Shown here: positions 1-10,600 of the stretch, one piece after another | Layout: each line of letters opens with the position of its first letter | Numbering within the stretch: position 1 is the stretch's first letter | Assembly (NCBI GenBank): GCA_001724265.1 | Contig: MEDY01000035.1 | Location: 62,001 to 118,512 of the forward strand | DNA length: 56,512 nt | Direction of reading: 5' to 3' | Source: Rhizaria sp. SCN 62-66 | Lineage: Eukaryota | Notes under the pieces: model-generated | Database searches by the model: none | The model's input: only the letters and a program-made list of their open reading frames with translations | What the model was told of the DNA's origin: nothing | Program-made: the position numbers and the translations under genes

Positions 1-3000
1 GTCGCCGTCGGGGCTCGCGCGCTGGCGGCAGCTGTACGCAAACGCGCGGTCGCATGTGGTGACGCTGGGCCGTGTCGAGGCCGAGATGGTGCGTGATGTC
101 GGCCGCTTGCACGCGCAGATCTTCTATCTCTCGTGTATCACGTGCTTTGGAGGCGCGCCCTTTGCAGATGGCGCACCGATCCCCGCAAGCGCGTGGTTTC
201 CTGCCCCACCGACGCCGCCCACTCACGCGCATCCACATTCAAGCGTGCACGGGCACGGCCACGCGCTGTCGCCTGTCGATAGCGGTGACCATGCTGCTGC
301 GTCTACCGCCACAATCACGCCGTCGCCGGTGCCGAGCGCGGCCGCGACCGTTGCGACGCTGCAGCCGCCGCAGATGGCGCGTCTGTCGTCGCTGAGCGCG
401 CAGATGGGGCTCGGTCAGGGCGCTGCCACGCCGTTTTCCACCGGCGCGCGCGGCCCCGCTGCCACGGCGGCCGCGCTCTCTGCACAGGCGGCCGCGTACG
501 CTCTCCCACCGGCCGCTTACACCGCGGCTGTCGCGGCCAACGCACCCCCCGTACTCGGCGACGACTCGGCGTCGTCCGGCGTTCTGACGATGCATAAATT
601 AGGAGCGAACGCTGCGACACCGGTGCCCGCGGACGCGACGTTCGAGACTTTGGGCCGCATGACCCCGCTGCAGCAGTACGTCTTTGCTGCCGCGCGCGCT
701 GTCAACGCGGACGCGCCGCCACCGTCGCCCATGGCTGCCGCGGCCGCGGGCGTGCTGACGGCGGACTCGGCGCTCGTGGAGCTGGTCCGTTTCTCGCGCG
801 GCATGGCGCGCTGGCTGTCGTTCACTCCGCAACAGCAGACCGCGTTATTGGCCGTTGCGCACGTGCAGGGCGAAGCCGAGCGCGCTCCGGAGGCGTCGCT
901 GATGGCGCATCCGGCCGACGTCGCCGCTGCGGCGGAGGCGGCGGCCGCGGCGCAGCGTGAGGGCGAGGAAGCGGCCCGCGCTGTGGGGATCCAGTCGCGC
1001 GAGGACGTGACGCCGGAGTTCCTTGTGGAGCTTGTGGCGTCATTCGCGGACTTGGTGCCGAAGCATGAGGCGTGGTTCCAGCGCCGCGTCGCTCTCTACG
1101 CGCCGCCGTCGCACTGGCGTCGTAACTGGATGGCGTACTTGGCTATCGCGGCGACGGGGCTCGGTGTCGGCCTGTGGGCGCACAGTAACCAGGATCGCGT
1201 TGCTGAAGCGACAGCGAGTATGGTGCTGTCGGCGAAGCATTTCTTCTACGAGCACATCCAGGAGCCGATTGAGAATATTACCAAGAAGGTTTTCTCCGCG
1301 TTCTTCAACGACCGTGTGGAGCGCCAGTCTGAGCTGCCCACAGCGGCCACGATCGCCGAGTCCCGCCGTGACCTGCGCCAGATGCTGCTTGATTTCGGGC
1401 GCGATTTCGCGTCGGATATCGCTGAAGCGGAGAAGACGAGCAAGGCAGCGTTTCTCCAGTCGCTGCCGGACCGTGCGGCGCGGGTCGACATGTCTGTCGT
1501 GATGAGCAAGTACACGACTGATATCCAGAAGCCGCTGTCGAACATCACCTCGGGCTCGCTCGTGCGCGGTCTATTGATCCAGGTCCAGAAGGTCAAGGCT
1601 GACGGCGAAGAGGCTATGCTCGACATGGACCAGATTATCGAGCAGAATGAGATCAACTTCAACATGCTTGCCACGATCCCGGCCATCCTCGTCGCCGGCG
1701 GCACGCTACTTGCTGTGAAGCGCGCCACGCAGTCGCTCTGGCGCCGCGCCCCCGCGCCCAAGGTGCTGCTTTTCGAGATGCGCCTTGTGCTCAGCAAGAT
1801 TGAGATGCTGCTCATCGACGTTGCCGCGCCATCCCCCACGCGTGCGACGGGGATGTACACCGAACCGCCCTTCCCACGCCCCGCGCCGCCGGTGCAAACC
1901 GCGGCCGCAGCGGCCGCGGCACAGCTGTCGCGCGCGATGCCTGCGGTGTTGCTGCACCCTCGCGGTCACATGCCTGCGCCCGACGCCGTGCTGCGGGACG
2001 CGTACGCGTTCTCGCGGCCCACTTCGCACATGCACGCTCACGGTCACGGTCATGGTTACGGGCACCCGCAGTCGCAGCAGCCTGGATTTGCGCCGACGCC
2101 GGGGCAAAGCGTGCGTGAGCAGGGGCGTCCTCTGTCGATGTTCCGCTCCTCCGTCGCCGACTCCGCCGACCTCGCCGGTGCCGCTGCCTCCGCCGGCGGC
2201 GCTGTCAATGCCAACGCCAACGCCGGCGCTGGCATAGGTGGCGCTGGTGTTAGCACTGACGTTGCGCCCGACGACGCGGCTGCGCGGACCGTGCGCGGCG
2301 GCCCCGGCCGCTCTGCCGGTCAGACGAGCGCGCACGCAACGCAGGCGGACACCGAGCTGCCGTCGCTGCAGTCGCTCACGCTGGACGTTGTTTCCGCCGC
2401 GCCGACTGTCGCGGTCACACCCGCCAGCGCCGCCGCCCGCGCCGCGCGCGCCGCCGCTCTGCACAACGCAATGCCCGGCTCCGCGCTGCCGCCGACGGGC
2501 CCCCGCGGCTCTGGCGGTGGCGTGACTGGCGCCGGCGCGGGCCCGACCGGTTCCCGCACCCCCGGTGTGGCTGGCAGCGACGTCAGCGCGGCGACGTCGC
2601 CGACGCACTCTGCGGGGTCGTTTGGGTTCAATCTCACGATGCACCACGCAGGCACGGACGCCGACGCGGACGCGCGCTCGCTGCTGAGCGCCAATTACTA
2701 CGCGCACGGTGCCAACGGTGGTGCCAACGGCGCGGGTACAAATGGCGTCGCTGCAGCACCCGGCACGAGCTACTACGAGAGCTGCCACGTCTTCGGCGCA
2801 GCGCCCACGGTCACTGGCCCCCAGCCCTATAACCCGTACCAGCCACAACAGTACCAGAACCAGCAGCAACAGCAGCAGCAGCAGTACCAGCAGCAGTATG
2901 GCGGGGGCGCAGCGGGCGGCGACGCTTTGAGCGCACACGCTGCAGCGCTGCAATCCCCGGCCGCGGGCGCGTACTGGAGCGCACTCCCCGGCGCGCCGCG

Positions 3001-3577
3001 GCAGTCGTTTGCGGCCGAGGCGGCAGCGCTGCATGCACAGGCCCAGGCGCAGGCGCAGGCGCACGCTCAAGCGCAGGCGCAGGCCCACGCGCTGGGGCAG
3101 GCCTATGCACACGGTAACGGTTACATTCACGGTCACGGCCACGGCCACGGTCAGTTTGCATATACGCCGATGTCGCATCACAGCGCTGCTGCTGCCGCCG
3201 GTGGACTGGGGCTTGGCGTCGGCGTGTGCTCTGCGGGCACCGGCGCCTGCTGCGGTGCGTACACCTGCGGCGCTGGCACTGATGTCGGCACTGGCGCTGG
3301 CGTTAATGCTGGCGCTGTGCGGGCGGGGCCGGCGAACGCATTGTGGTCACAAGTGCATCTGAACGACCGCGACACTGGCTACCTGTTGCTGTACGTCTGC
3401 ATTCTGGAGGAGCTTGTGGCGCAGCTGCCACGGAGCATGAAGGAGAGCGTGAAGTTGCCGCTGGCGCGCGCGCTCGCGGGGCTTAAGAGCCATCACTTGA
3501 CTGTGCAGCAAAAGATCATGATTGTGCATCATCTCTACCGTGCTTATGACTTCTTCTCTTACAAGTCACACTATTGA
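1..3577 (+). CDS. NCA2: NCA2/DGS1-family mitochondrial membrane protein (nuclear control of ATPase 2-like), 5'-truncated
   Basis: Frame open from position 2, so the start lies upstream of the window. NCA2-type motifs: PPSHWRRNW + TM segment, EHIQEPI, LVRGLLIQVQKVKADGEEAMLDMDQIIEQNEINFNMLATIPA, and C-terminal LNDRDTGYLLL...QQKIMIVHHLYRAY. Ends TGA at 3575-3577. Confidence 0.85.
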   Translation, partial: SPSGLARWRQLYANARSHVVTLGRVEAEMVRDVGRLHAQIFYLSCITCFGGAPFADGAPIPASAWFPAPPTPPTHAHPHSSVHGHGHALSPVDSGDHAAASTATITPSPVPSAAATVATLQPPQMARLSSLSAQMGLGQGAATPFSTGARGPAATAAALSAQAAAYALPPAAYTAAVAANAPPVLGDDSASSGVLTMHKLGANAATPVPADATFETLGRMTPLQQYVFAAARAVNADAPPPSPMAAAAAGVLTADSALVELVRFSRGMARWLSFTPQQQTALLAVAHVQGEAERAPEASLMAHPADVAAAAEAAAAAQREGEEAARAVGIQSREDVTPEFLVELVASFADLVPKHEAWFQRRVALYAPPSHWRRNWMAYLAIAATGLGVGLWAHSNQDRVAEATASMVLSAKHFFYEHIQEPIENITKKVFSAFFNDRVERQSELPTAATIAESRRDLRQMLLDFGRDFASDIAEAEKTSKAAFLQSLPDRAARVDMSVVMSKYTTDIQKPLSNITSGSLVRGLLIQVQKVKADGEEAMLDMDQIIEQNEINFNMLATIPAILVAGGTLLAVKRATQSLWRRAPAPKVLLFEMRLVLSKIEMLLIDVAAPSPTRATGMYTEPPFPRPAPPVQTAAAAAAAQLSRAMPAVLLHPRGHMPAPDAVLRDAYAFSRPTSHMHAHGHGHGYGHPQSQQPGFAPTPGQSVREQGRPLSMFRSSVADSADLAGAAASAGGAVNANANAGAGIGGAGVSTDVAPDDAAARTVRGGPGRSAGQTSAHATQADTELPSLQSLTLDVVSAAPTVAVTPASAAARAARAAALHNAMPGSALPPTGPRGSGGGVTGAGAGPTGSRTPGVAGSDVSAATSPTHSAGSFGFNLTMHHAGTDADADARSLLSANYYAHGANGGANGAGTNGVAAAPGTSYYESCHVFGAAPTVTGPQPYNPYQPQQYQNQQQQQQQQYQQQYGGGAAGGDALSAHAAALQSPAAGAYWSALPGAPRQSFAAEAAALHAQAQAQAQAHAQAQAQAHALGQAYAHGNGYIHGHGHGHGQFAYTPMSHHSAAAAAGGLGLGVGVCSAGTGACCGAYTCGAGTDVGTGAGVNAGAVRAGPANALWSQVHLNDRDTGYLLLYVCILEELVAQLPRSMKESVKLPLARALAGLKSHHLTVQQKIMIVHHLYRAYDFFSYKSHY

Positions 3578-3641
3578 GCGTAGTCGAGTCAAAACAAGCT
3601 CTGTATTCGTGAACTTTTGTCAGCTCGTATTAACTATTAAT

Positions 3642-4193
3642 TCAGTATTTTCTCTGATATTTATGTTCCGCGCGTCCCGCGCACTCTAATTTATTATGCA
3701 GTTTGTCATCAATACAAATGTTATTGGCTGAATTACACCGCTCACATTCTGTAGAATCGTCTGTTGCATGTATGCACCAAGTTTCTCCGGTTTCATAGTC
3801 GGAAGACATTGTATTGGTGCTATCAAGCTCTTGACATAGCTCGCAAGTACATTCTTCACAAACGGCACCACACCGTCGAGAATGCCGCTTGTAGCGCTCT
3901 TTGAGCATACTAGTAGTTGTTAGTTGGTTGAGAATGTTGTAGGACTTGGAATGATAGGACGTTGTTGATAGGAAGTTATTAAAAACATTGTTTTGTATTT
4001 CAATTTCATAGGGGTTACTAAATTCTTTGACTTTTACGCAGCGACATAAGAAACAACATGACGCTTGTTGGCCCTACATGTTATACTAGATTCTGCTGAG
4101 CTTAACATTGAAGAAACAAAACACAAGGTCCCTCACGATTTCTTGCTTAGATTTATGAGTCACACCAGAAACAAGATCATACATCGCACTCAT
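3642..4193 (-). CDS. Possible small Cys-rich orphan ORF in AT-rich spacer (88 aa standard code; up to 183 aa if TAG is sense)
   Basis: Frame free of TAA/TGA from 4205 down to 3645; TAGs at 4088-4086 and 4076-4074; ATGs at 4193, 4184, 4079 and 3908. Codon usage is unlike neighbouring genes. Confidence 0.25.
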
Positions 4194-4301
4194 ATCGCTC
4201 GTTGTTCATGCACAGCATCGTTAAGCTCCTCAGCGACTTAGCCAGCCACAAGTCAAGTCGTGACAAATCACAACTCGCATTTTTGACTGTAAGCTTCAGA
4301 C

Positions 4302-7079
4302 TCACTTGGGGAAGTCGCGGATGGAGGCCTGCTCCACGACGGGCTCACCGTTGACCTTGTACGTGACCTTGACCTTAATCACCGTCGCCTTCTCAGCAAA
4401 CTGCTCGTTGGTGAGTGTCATACTCTGCGTGACCGCGCCGACCGAGTGCGCCGGCACCGTCTTGCTGCTGGCGGGGCGCAGGTCGCGCTTGATGTGCGGC
4501 GGAACGGCGACGAGCATGTCGAACTCGGTCATCTCAGCGCTGCCAGAGTTGTTGAACGCGGCCGCCACTGTCACCACATTCGGGTTAGCGGTGTTGCGAG
4601 ACTCGGTAAAGACGATCTGCAGCGCGCCGGCGGTCAGCACTGTGCGGGCGGGGAAGGTCTCGACGCCGTTGCTGACGCTCGGGCCAGACGCAGACGTAGA
4701 AGCAGCGCCGGAGCCGAAGTTGAAGACGTCGAAAGACGCCGCGGGGGACGCGGCGGGCGGGGAGGCCGAGGGGGTGGAACCACTGCCCATGCCCATGGAG
4801 CCCATGAGGTCAAGCACGTTCGGCGCCGCAGCAGTGGCGGCGGGCGCGGTGGCAGAACCCATGTGCAACATATCCATGGGGTTCATCATGTGCTGCTGCG
4901 GCTGCTGCTGGACAGGGGCCGCGGCGGGGGCGTCAAAGAGGCCCGAGAGCAGGTCGATCGGACCAGACGCGGCGGCGGCGGCAGCGGGCGCGGGGGCTGC
5001 GGCAGCGGCGGGCGCGGCGGCGGGGGCCTTCTGCTCGGGCTCGGCGGCCGCGGCGCTGGTCGGGGAGGCCGCGCCCGAGGCGTCGCTGCCGCCGTTGAGC
5101 GAGTCATCGTCGCTCTTGCGGAGGCGCGCGAACTGCGGCATGCGGCCGAGCACGTAGGCGTGGATGTCAGAGTGCTCAGGCTTGGCGAGCTCGGTGTACT
5201 CGACGGAGCGCTGCTGGAGCTCGGCCGAAACGGAGCACGCGTGGTGCTGCAGCAGCTGCGTGATCTTGGCGTAGACGTGCTCCAGACCGGCAGTCTTGCC
5301 GGAGCCGAAGCGCTGGTACAGCTTCACCAGCGCGGTCTGCGCGAGCTGCTTCACGGTCTCCGCTGTGACGCCGGAGACGCCGGCGCCGGGGGCAGTGGCG
5401 GAGCCCGAGCCGGCGAGCGCGGTGGGCGCCGCGGAGGCGACGTTGGCGTGGATGAAGGTCTGCGTGACGATCTGGTACTCAAGTGCGGAGAGGACCTCCA
5501 TCTCGGTGGCGGGAGCGAAGGCCGGCTGGGGAGAAGACGGCTCGGCCTGCTTGTTGCTTGCAGCGAGGTCTTCGTTGGCGGCAGCGAGACTTTTGTCCGA
5601 GACGAAATGCTCGCCCAGCTCGCCCAGAGCCCACACGGCGACGGCGGCCAGCGGGTGCTGGTCGCGCGAGACAGGGTTCTGCAGCGCGCGCAGCATCAGC
5701 CGTGCGGCATAGGGCTGGAGGTCCTTGCTGCGGGTGAGGAGCGCGATCAAGTCCACGGGGACGGTCTCGCGAATGAAGGGCCCCGCCGCGGCGAGCACGG
5801 AGACCACGGTCTCGACGTGCCAGCGGCGGGACGGAGCAAACTTCTCGACGACGGTGCAGATCTTGTCGGTCAAATCGGCCTTGAAGTCGGTGTCGCCTGA
5901 GGTGAGCGAGAGATAGTTGAGCAACTCCTTGACGAGCGCACGCACGTTGTTCTTGGTGACGAGCGCGTAGATGAGGTCCAGCGCGCGGCGGCGGATCGAG
6001 ATGTCGGCGTCCTTGAGGCAGTCGACGACGGTGTTGCGGTGGTGCTGCACTGCGTCAGCGTGACGCTCGACGACCTTGCACAGAGTGTTGAGCGCAACGT
6101 AGCGGATGTTGTTGTCGCGGTGCTGGAGGAACTTGCCGAGGAGGTTGACGGCGAGCACGCGGAGCCCGCCCTCGGCCTCGATGGCCATGATCGTTTGCAC
6201 ACACTCGTACAGGATCGCGGTGCCAGTGTTGGTGGAGCCGTCGGTGTTGATGACGACTTGCGCGAGGACTTCGCCCATGTGGTCGCTGGCGCGCTGGTCG
6301 CCGGTGCCAAGCACGCGGAGCAGCTGGATGATCTTGCACTGCAGGAACGGGTCCGTGACGCCGACGACATCGTACTCGGCGACGTAGCCGGCGAGCCAGA
6401 GTGACTTGAGCAGTGCGACGAGGCGCGGGACCGACTCGCGGAAGCGCGGGAGCACGTCGGGACTAATCTTGACCATCTCAATCATCAGCGTGCACGCGCA
6501 GAGGGCGACGGCGTGGTTCTTGTCGCCCAGCAGCGCGGGCGCGAGCTCGGCAAAGTCCTCAGCCAGGTCGGGCACCTTGCGGAGGATGCGGATGGCGCAC
6601 AGAGCGGCCTTGTTGCGGAGCTCGGCGTCGGCGTGGTTGTTGGGACGCAGGAGGTTGGCAACGTCGCTGGCGAGGTCGCGCGCCATGTCGGCGGAACAGA
6701 TGTTGCCGAGGGTGACGAGGGCGAGACCGGCGATGTGGGCGTTTTTGTTCCGGAGATCGTGCTGGATAGAGTTGGTGCCCATCATCAGGAGCTCCTGGTT
6801 CTCGTCCAGCAGCAGCATCAGCGCCAGGTAGCCGATACGCTTCTCCGCAAAGCGAGGGGAGGCGATGAGGCGGAGAGCCTCCATCTGGCCGAAGTGCGCG
6901 GGGTAGCCAAGCATGTGAATGTAGAGCAGCTTGGCGACGTTGCGGTGACGCAGCTCCTCGTCCTTGCTCTTGAACGCGCTGCGGATCTCAGCGCATTCCT
7001 TGGCGATCACATCGCGCTCCTCCGCGGCCGTCTTGCACGCGCGCACGTTGCGGATGAGATCGCGAAGCTTCAACGACAT
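4302..7079 (-). CDS. AP1G1: AP-1 adaptor complex gamma subunit (gamma-adaptin), single coding exon, 925 aa
   Basis: N-terminus MSLKLRDLIRNVRACKTAAEER, VAKLLYIHMLGYPAHFGQME, EKRIGYL, DPFLQCKII, DNNIRYVAL, ELQQRSVEY; low-complexity hinge with IDLL/VLDL; C-terminal GAE ear (LVAVPPHIKRDLRPAS). Ends TGA. Confidence 0.97.
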   Translation of the reverse strand: MSLKLRDLIRNVRACKTAAEERDVIAKECAEIRSAFKSKDEELRHRNVAKLLYIHMLGYPAHFGQMEALRLIASPRFAEKRIGYLALMLLLDENQELLMMGTNSIQHDLRNKNAHIAGLALVTLGNICSADMARDLASDVANLLRPNNHADAELRNKAALCAIRILRKVPDLAEDFAELAPALLGDKNHAVALCACTLMIEMVKISPDVLPRFRESVPRLVALLKSLWLAGYVAEYDVVGVTDPFLQCKIIQLLRVLGTGDQRASDHMGEVLAQVVINTDGSTNTGTAILYECVQTIMAIEAEGGLRVLAVNLLGKFLQHRDNNIRYVALNTLCKVVERHADAVQHHRNTVVDCLKDADISIRRRALDLIYALVTKNNVRALVKELLNYLSLTSGDTDFKADLTDKICTVVEKFAPSRRWHVETVVSVLAAAGPFIRETVPVDLIALLTRSKDLQPYAARLMLRALQNPVSRDQHPLAAVAVWALGELGEHFVSDKSLAAANEDLAASNKQAEPSSPQPAFAPATEMEVLSALEYQIVTQTFIHANVASAAPTALAGSGSATAPGAGVSGVTAETVKQLAQTALVKLYQRFGSGKTAGLEHVYAKITQLLQHHACSVSAELQQRSVEYTELAKPEHSDIHAYVLGRMPQFARLRKSDDDSLNGGSDASGAASPTSAAAAEPEQKAPAAAPAAAAAPAPAAAAAASGPIDLLSGLFDAPAAAPVQQQPQQHMMNPMDMLHMGSATAPAATAAAPNVLDLMGSMGMGSGSTPSASPPAASPAASFDVFNFGSGAASTSASGPSVSNGVETFPARTVLTAGALQIVFTESRNTANPNVVTVAAAFNNSGSAEMTEFDMLVAVPPHIKRDLRPASSKTVPAHSVGAVTQSMTLTNEQFAEKATVIKVKVTYKVNGEPVVEQASIRDFPK

Positions 7080-7628
7080 CTATTCGGGCCACACACATAA
7101 GGATTTCAAACAGGGGACAAACAGGGGAGAGAGTAGGTGGTGAGATGTAAAGTTTGCGGGTATCCGTCTCTTACCAGGCACTAAGCGTCATGTTACATGT
7201 ATGAATAGCGACAGTGACATCCTTAATTTCGCAGACAAAAAATTGTATCATGTAGAGCGACGCCAATACGGAGAAATCCAGCACTCTTTGAGGCCCTCTC
7301 TGAGTCATCTTTAGGCAGTCGTCGCTCGAGCGAAAATGTTTTCGGATTTTTTCGGTCCACACGCTGTTTGACGTGTAGCTTCACATCGAGCAGCCTTCTA
7401 AACACCTGTCCAGTGCATTCAATTGTCCGTCAGTTCAATTGATGACATAGTATGCTAATATCTGTTGTGATGCAATTACTCTTCCTTATTTATATTTTCT
7501 TCTTGTTTTGTTTTGGCTCCTTGGGCGATAGGTAACGGACGCCTCTCAACGGCTAGCATCCACTCCTTTCACACAACCTCTTCTTGGCACGACAGACAGC
7601 TGGGCGTGAGCCCTTCTTCGTGTGACCG

Positions 7629-10600
7629 ATGGCCAACACCACCATCAACGATCTACAACGGTACGTTACGCTATCTCGTTCCTGTACCCAAATATTCGTT
7701 CAGTCCAACTTCAACTTCCTAACTCATCCCTCATCTTATCACCACTCCGACATATCACACTCTGCGACCACACACACGCAGGTCGATAGAGACGGACTTC
7801 TGGCGTCTCGACAAAGACGCCGCGCTATTTGACCGCGCCCGCGCCCGCTTAGAAGCCTCTGTGCAACGCCGCGTCCGTTATGCGACGCAAGGCGTGCACG
7901 TGCCGCCCGCGGGCGCTGCTCTTCTTGCTCCCGGCGACGCCCCCTTAGAGCGCGCGCAACGGCTTGATTTCTCCGCGCGGTACCGCGGCCGGCCATAGGA
8001 AGTCGCCGCGCGGCTGAAGGAAGCGCGCGCGGGCGGAGCGCGGGAACGGCCGTGGCGCTCTGGCATGGCGCAACCACATCCACATTCACATTCGCACACA
8101 CCATCATCGTTGTCATCATCTTCGCACAACAACTCGAGCTACACTCAGCCAGCGAGCTCTCTTATAAGCGCAAGCGTGAGTGCGAGCGCGAGTAGGCCCG
8201 GTAGCGCCGTTACAAGGCCTAGTAGCGCTGTTTCGAGGCCAGATGACGCCACTTCCAGGGCTGGTAACACTGTTGCAGCATTACAGTCGCGGTTGCAATC
8301 GCAGGTGCCATCGCAATCATCTCCAGGCCGTTTCGCTCTGGCTCAAGTCAACAACGCTGCTTCCGCTAACGCGCCGCGCACACGCGACTGGGATGACGAC
8401 AGCTTCACTGGCGACAACAACGACGGCGACGACACCGCAAATCACAGTAGCAAGAACAGGAACAACACTGACGACAACGATAGCAGGCGAGATGGCAGCA
8501 ATGAGCGCGCTGCTGATGCTATACGGGCATCATTGCCCCCGCGTGCACGTTTGCTCTCTGCACTGAAGGCTTCAGCACCGGCCCCACGCATGCCCGCATC
8601 ACACAGCGCGGACGCAATCACCGTGCGCTCTCTGTGGGCTCCCGCACCCGCCGCCGCCGCCGCCGACGCGCTCGAGGCCGCGCGCCGCGTCTGGCTGGAG
8701 CTGCCCCCGGCGCGGCTGCTGCTGCCGACGCGCCCGCAGCCCGCGCCGCCGCGCGCGCTCTCCCCGACCTCCCAGGCGCTTGTCCAGTCGCAGCCGCTGG
8801 CCGCCCGCACCGCGCAGACCGCCGCGTGCGCCGCCGCGCCCCCACTGTCCGCGGCGGCGCTGCACAGGCTGCGGTGCATGGTTGCGCTATGGGGGAGCCG
8901 TCTCGCGGCCGGCGCGCCCGTCCCAGCCTCCACAGCCGCTGCGGAGGCCACGCTGGTCGCCGTGTACGTCCAGCACGCGCCTCAGTCAACCGCGGCGACT
9001 GCAGCGGCCACAACGGCGGCTGCTGCGGCTGCGGCGCGAGCAGCGGTGGCGGTGGCCGTGGCTTCCGGAGCGCTGCCGCAACCTAACTCAGGCGGGAACA
9101 GTACTGGGGAGCTGCCGACGCCGGCTCTGACGCCCGCGCAAGCGCCGGTGGTGTCACCGGCGTCCGCAGGGGGCTTCCTTTCGCGCGGTGTTGCGTCGTC
9201 ACAAACTTCACAAAATGCCCGCTCTGTGATGTCGCCAGCGTCGCCGCTCATGAGCAACAATGCTGCTTATTCCACGGTAACAATGGGCGCTAGTTCGCCG
9301 TTTACGTCCGCATTGCCGTCGCCGTCGGCGGCAGCGCTGCATCTGTCGCCTTTGTCACCCGCCGCCGCGGCTGCGACCCCCGCGACGGCCGCTACAGCCG
9401 CCGCTGCCGCCGTTGCTGCGACGGCCGCCGCGACGGCCGCCGCGGCCGCCGCAGCCGTCGCGCGGCCCCAGCGCGGCCGCACGGCCTGGGGCGCGCGCGG
9501 CTGGCCGCTGCGCGGCTTGGTTACCTGCCTTGGCGGCGGCGCCTGGCAGCTTGGCGAGCGCCGCAAGGACACGCACCTGTTCGGGTACGCGTGGGCTGGC
9601 GCGGAGACGTGGCGCCGTCGGGCTGCGCGCGCGCTCGCGACGCCCGCGCTCGCGGCTGAGGCGGCGGCGCGCGCGGCCAAGGCGTACAAACGCAGAAGCA
9701 GCAACAGCAGCCGCGGTGTCGGCGGCGTCGGCGGCGCAGGGCGCAGTGGCCGGCGGCAGCGAGGCTCTGATGCGACTGCGCACCCGGAAGCCGGGACTCG
9801 CTCTGGAAAGAACTCTCAGTCTGACGCTGCTGATGATGAAATGTCCCGTCCTGGGTTCCGCTCCCGCTCTGGTTCCCGGTCAAAATCCGGCACTCGTTCT
9901 GGCTCCGGTTCGAGCTCGGAGTCTGCTGAGGAGGCTGACTCATCTTCATCTCCCGAAGACGACGATTACGACGACGACGACGGCGAAGGCGGTGAAGACG
10001 GCGACGACGCGCGCGCCGCCGAAGCCATGCTGTTCGACGGTCTCTCCAGCGAGTCTGACCGATCTGACGACGATGTCCCCGGGTTTGACTCCTCCGGCGG
10101 CTCTGAGGCCAGCTCCGACTGCTCCGACGACTGCCACGGCGACAACGACGCCGACGACGCCGATACCGACGCCCAGGAGGCCGCCGCAGGCGCGCGCGCT
10201 GACTGGTACGCCGCGCGGCTGGGCGAATGGCCCGGGTTGGAGCCGCTGCGCCGCCGTGGCCGCCGCCGCGGTCGCGTATGCGCGCCGCCGCTCGCGCCCT
10301 GTCTACTGCACCCGCCTCTGTACGCGTCCACGGCCGCCGCGGTGCTCGCCGCCGCGCCGCTGCCCGCGGGCTCGAGACGGCTGCACACCAGCATCGGCGA
10401 GGTCGCCACTCTTGGTCGGCAGGGCAGCAGTACTGGCGCGCGCGGCGGCCGCAGCGACTTAGACAGCCGGGATAATGACAACGACAACGGCAGCGGCAGC
10501 GACGGCGACGGCGGCGGGAGTCTGCGGCGGCGCGGCGGCGGTGCGAGGCGCGGCGCGCGCGCTGTGACGGCGGCAACAATGGGGCCCGCCGCGCTTGATG

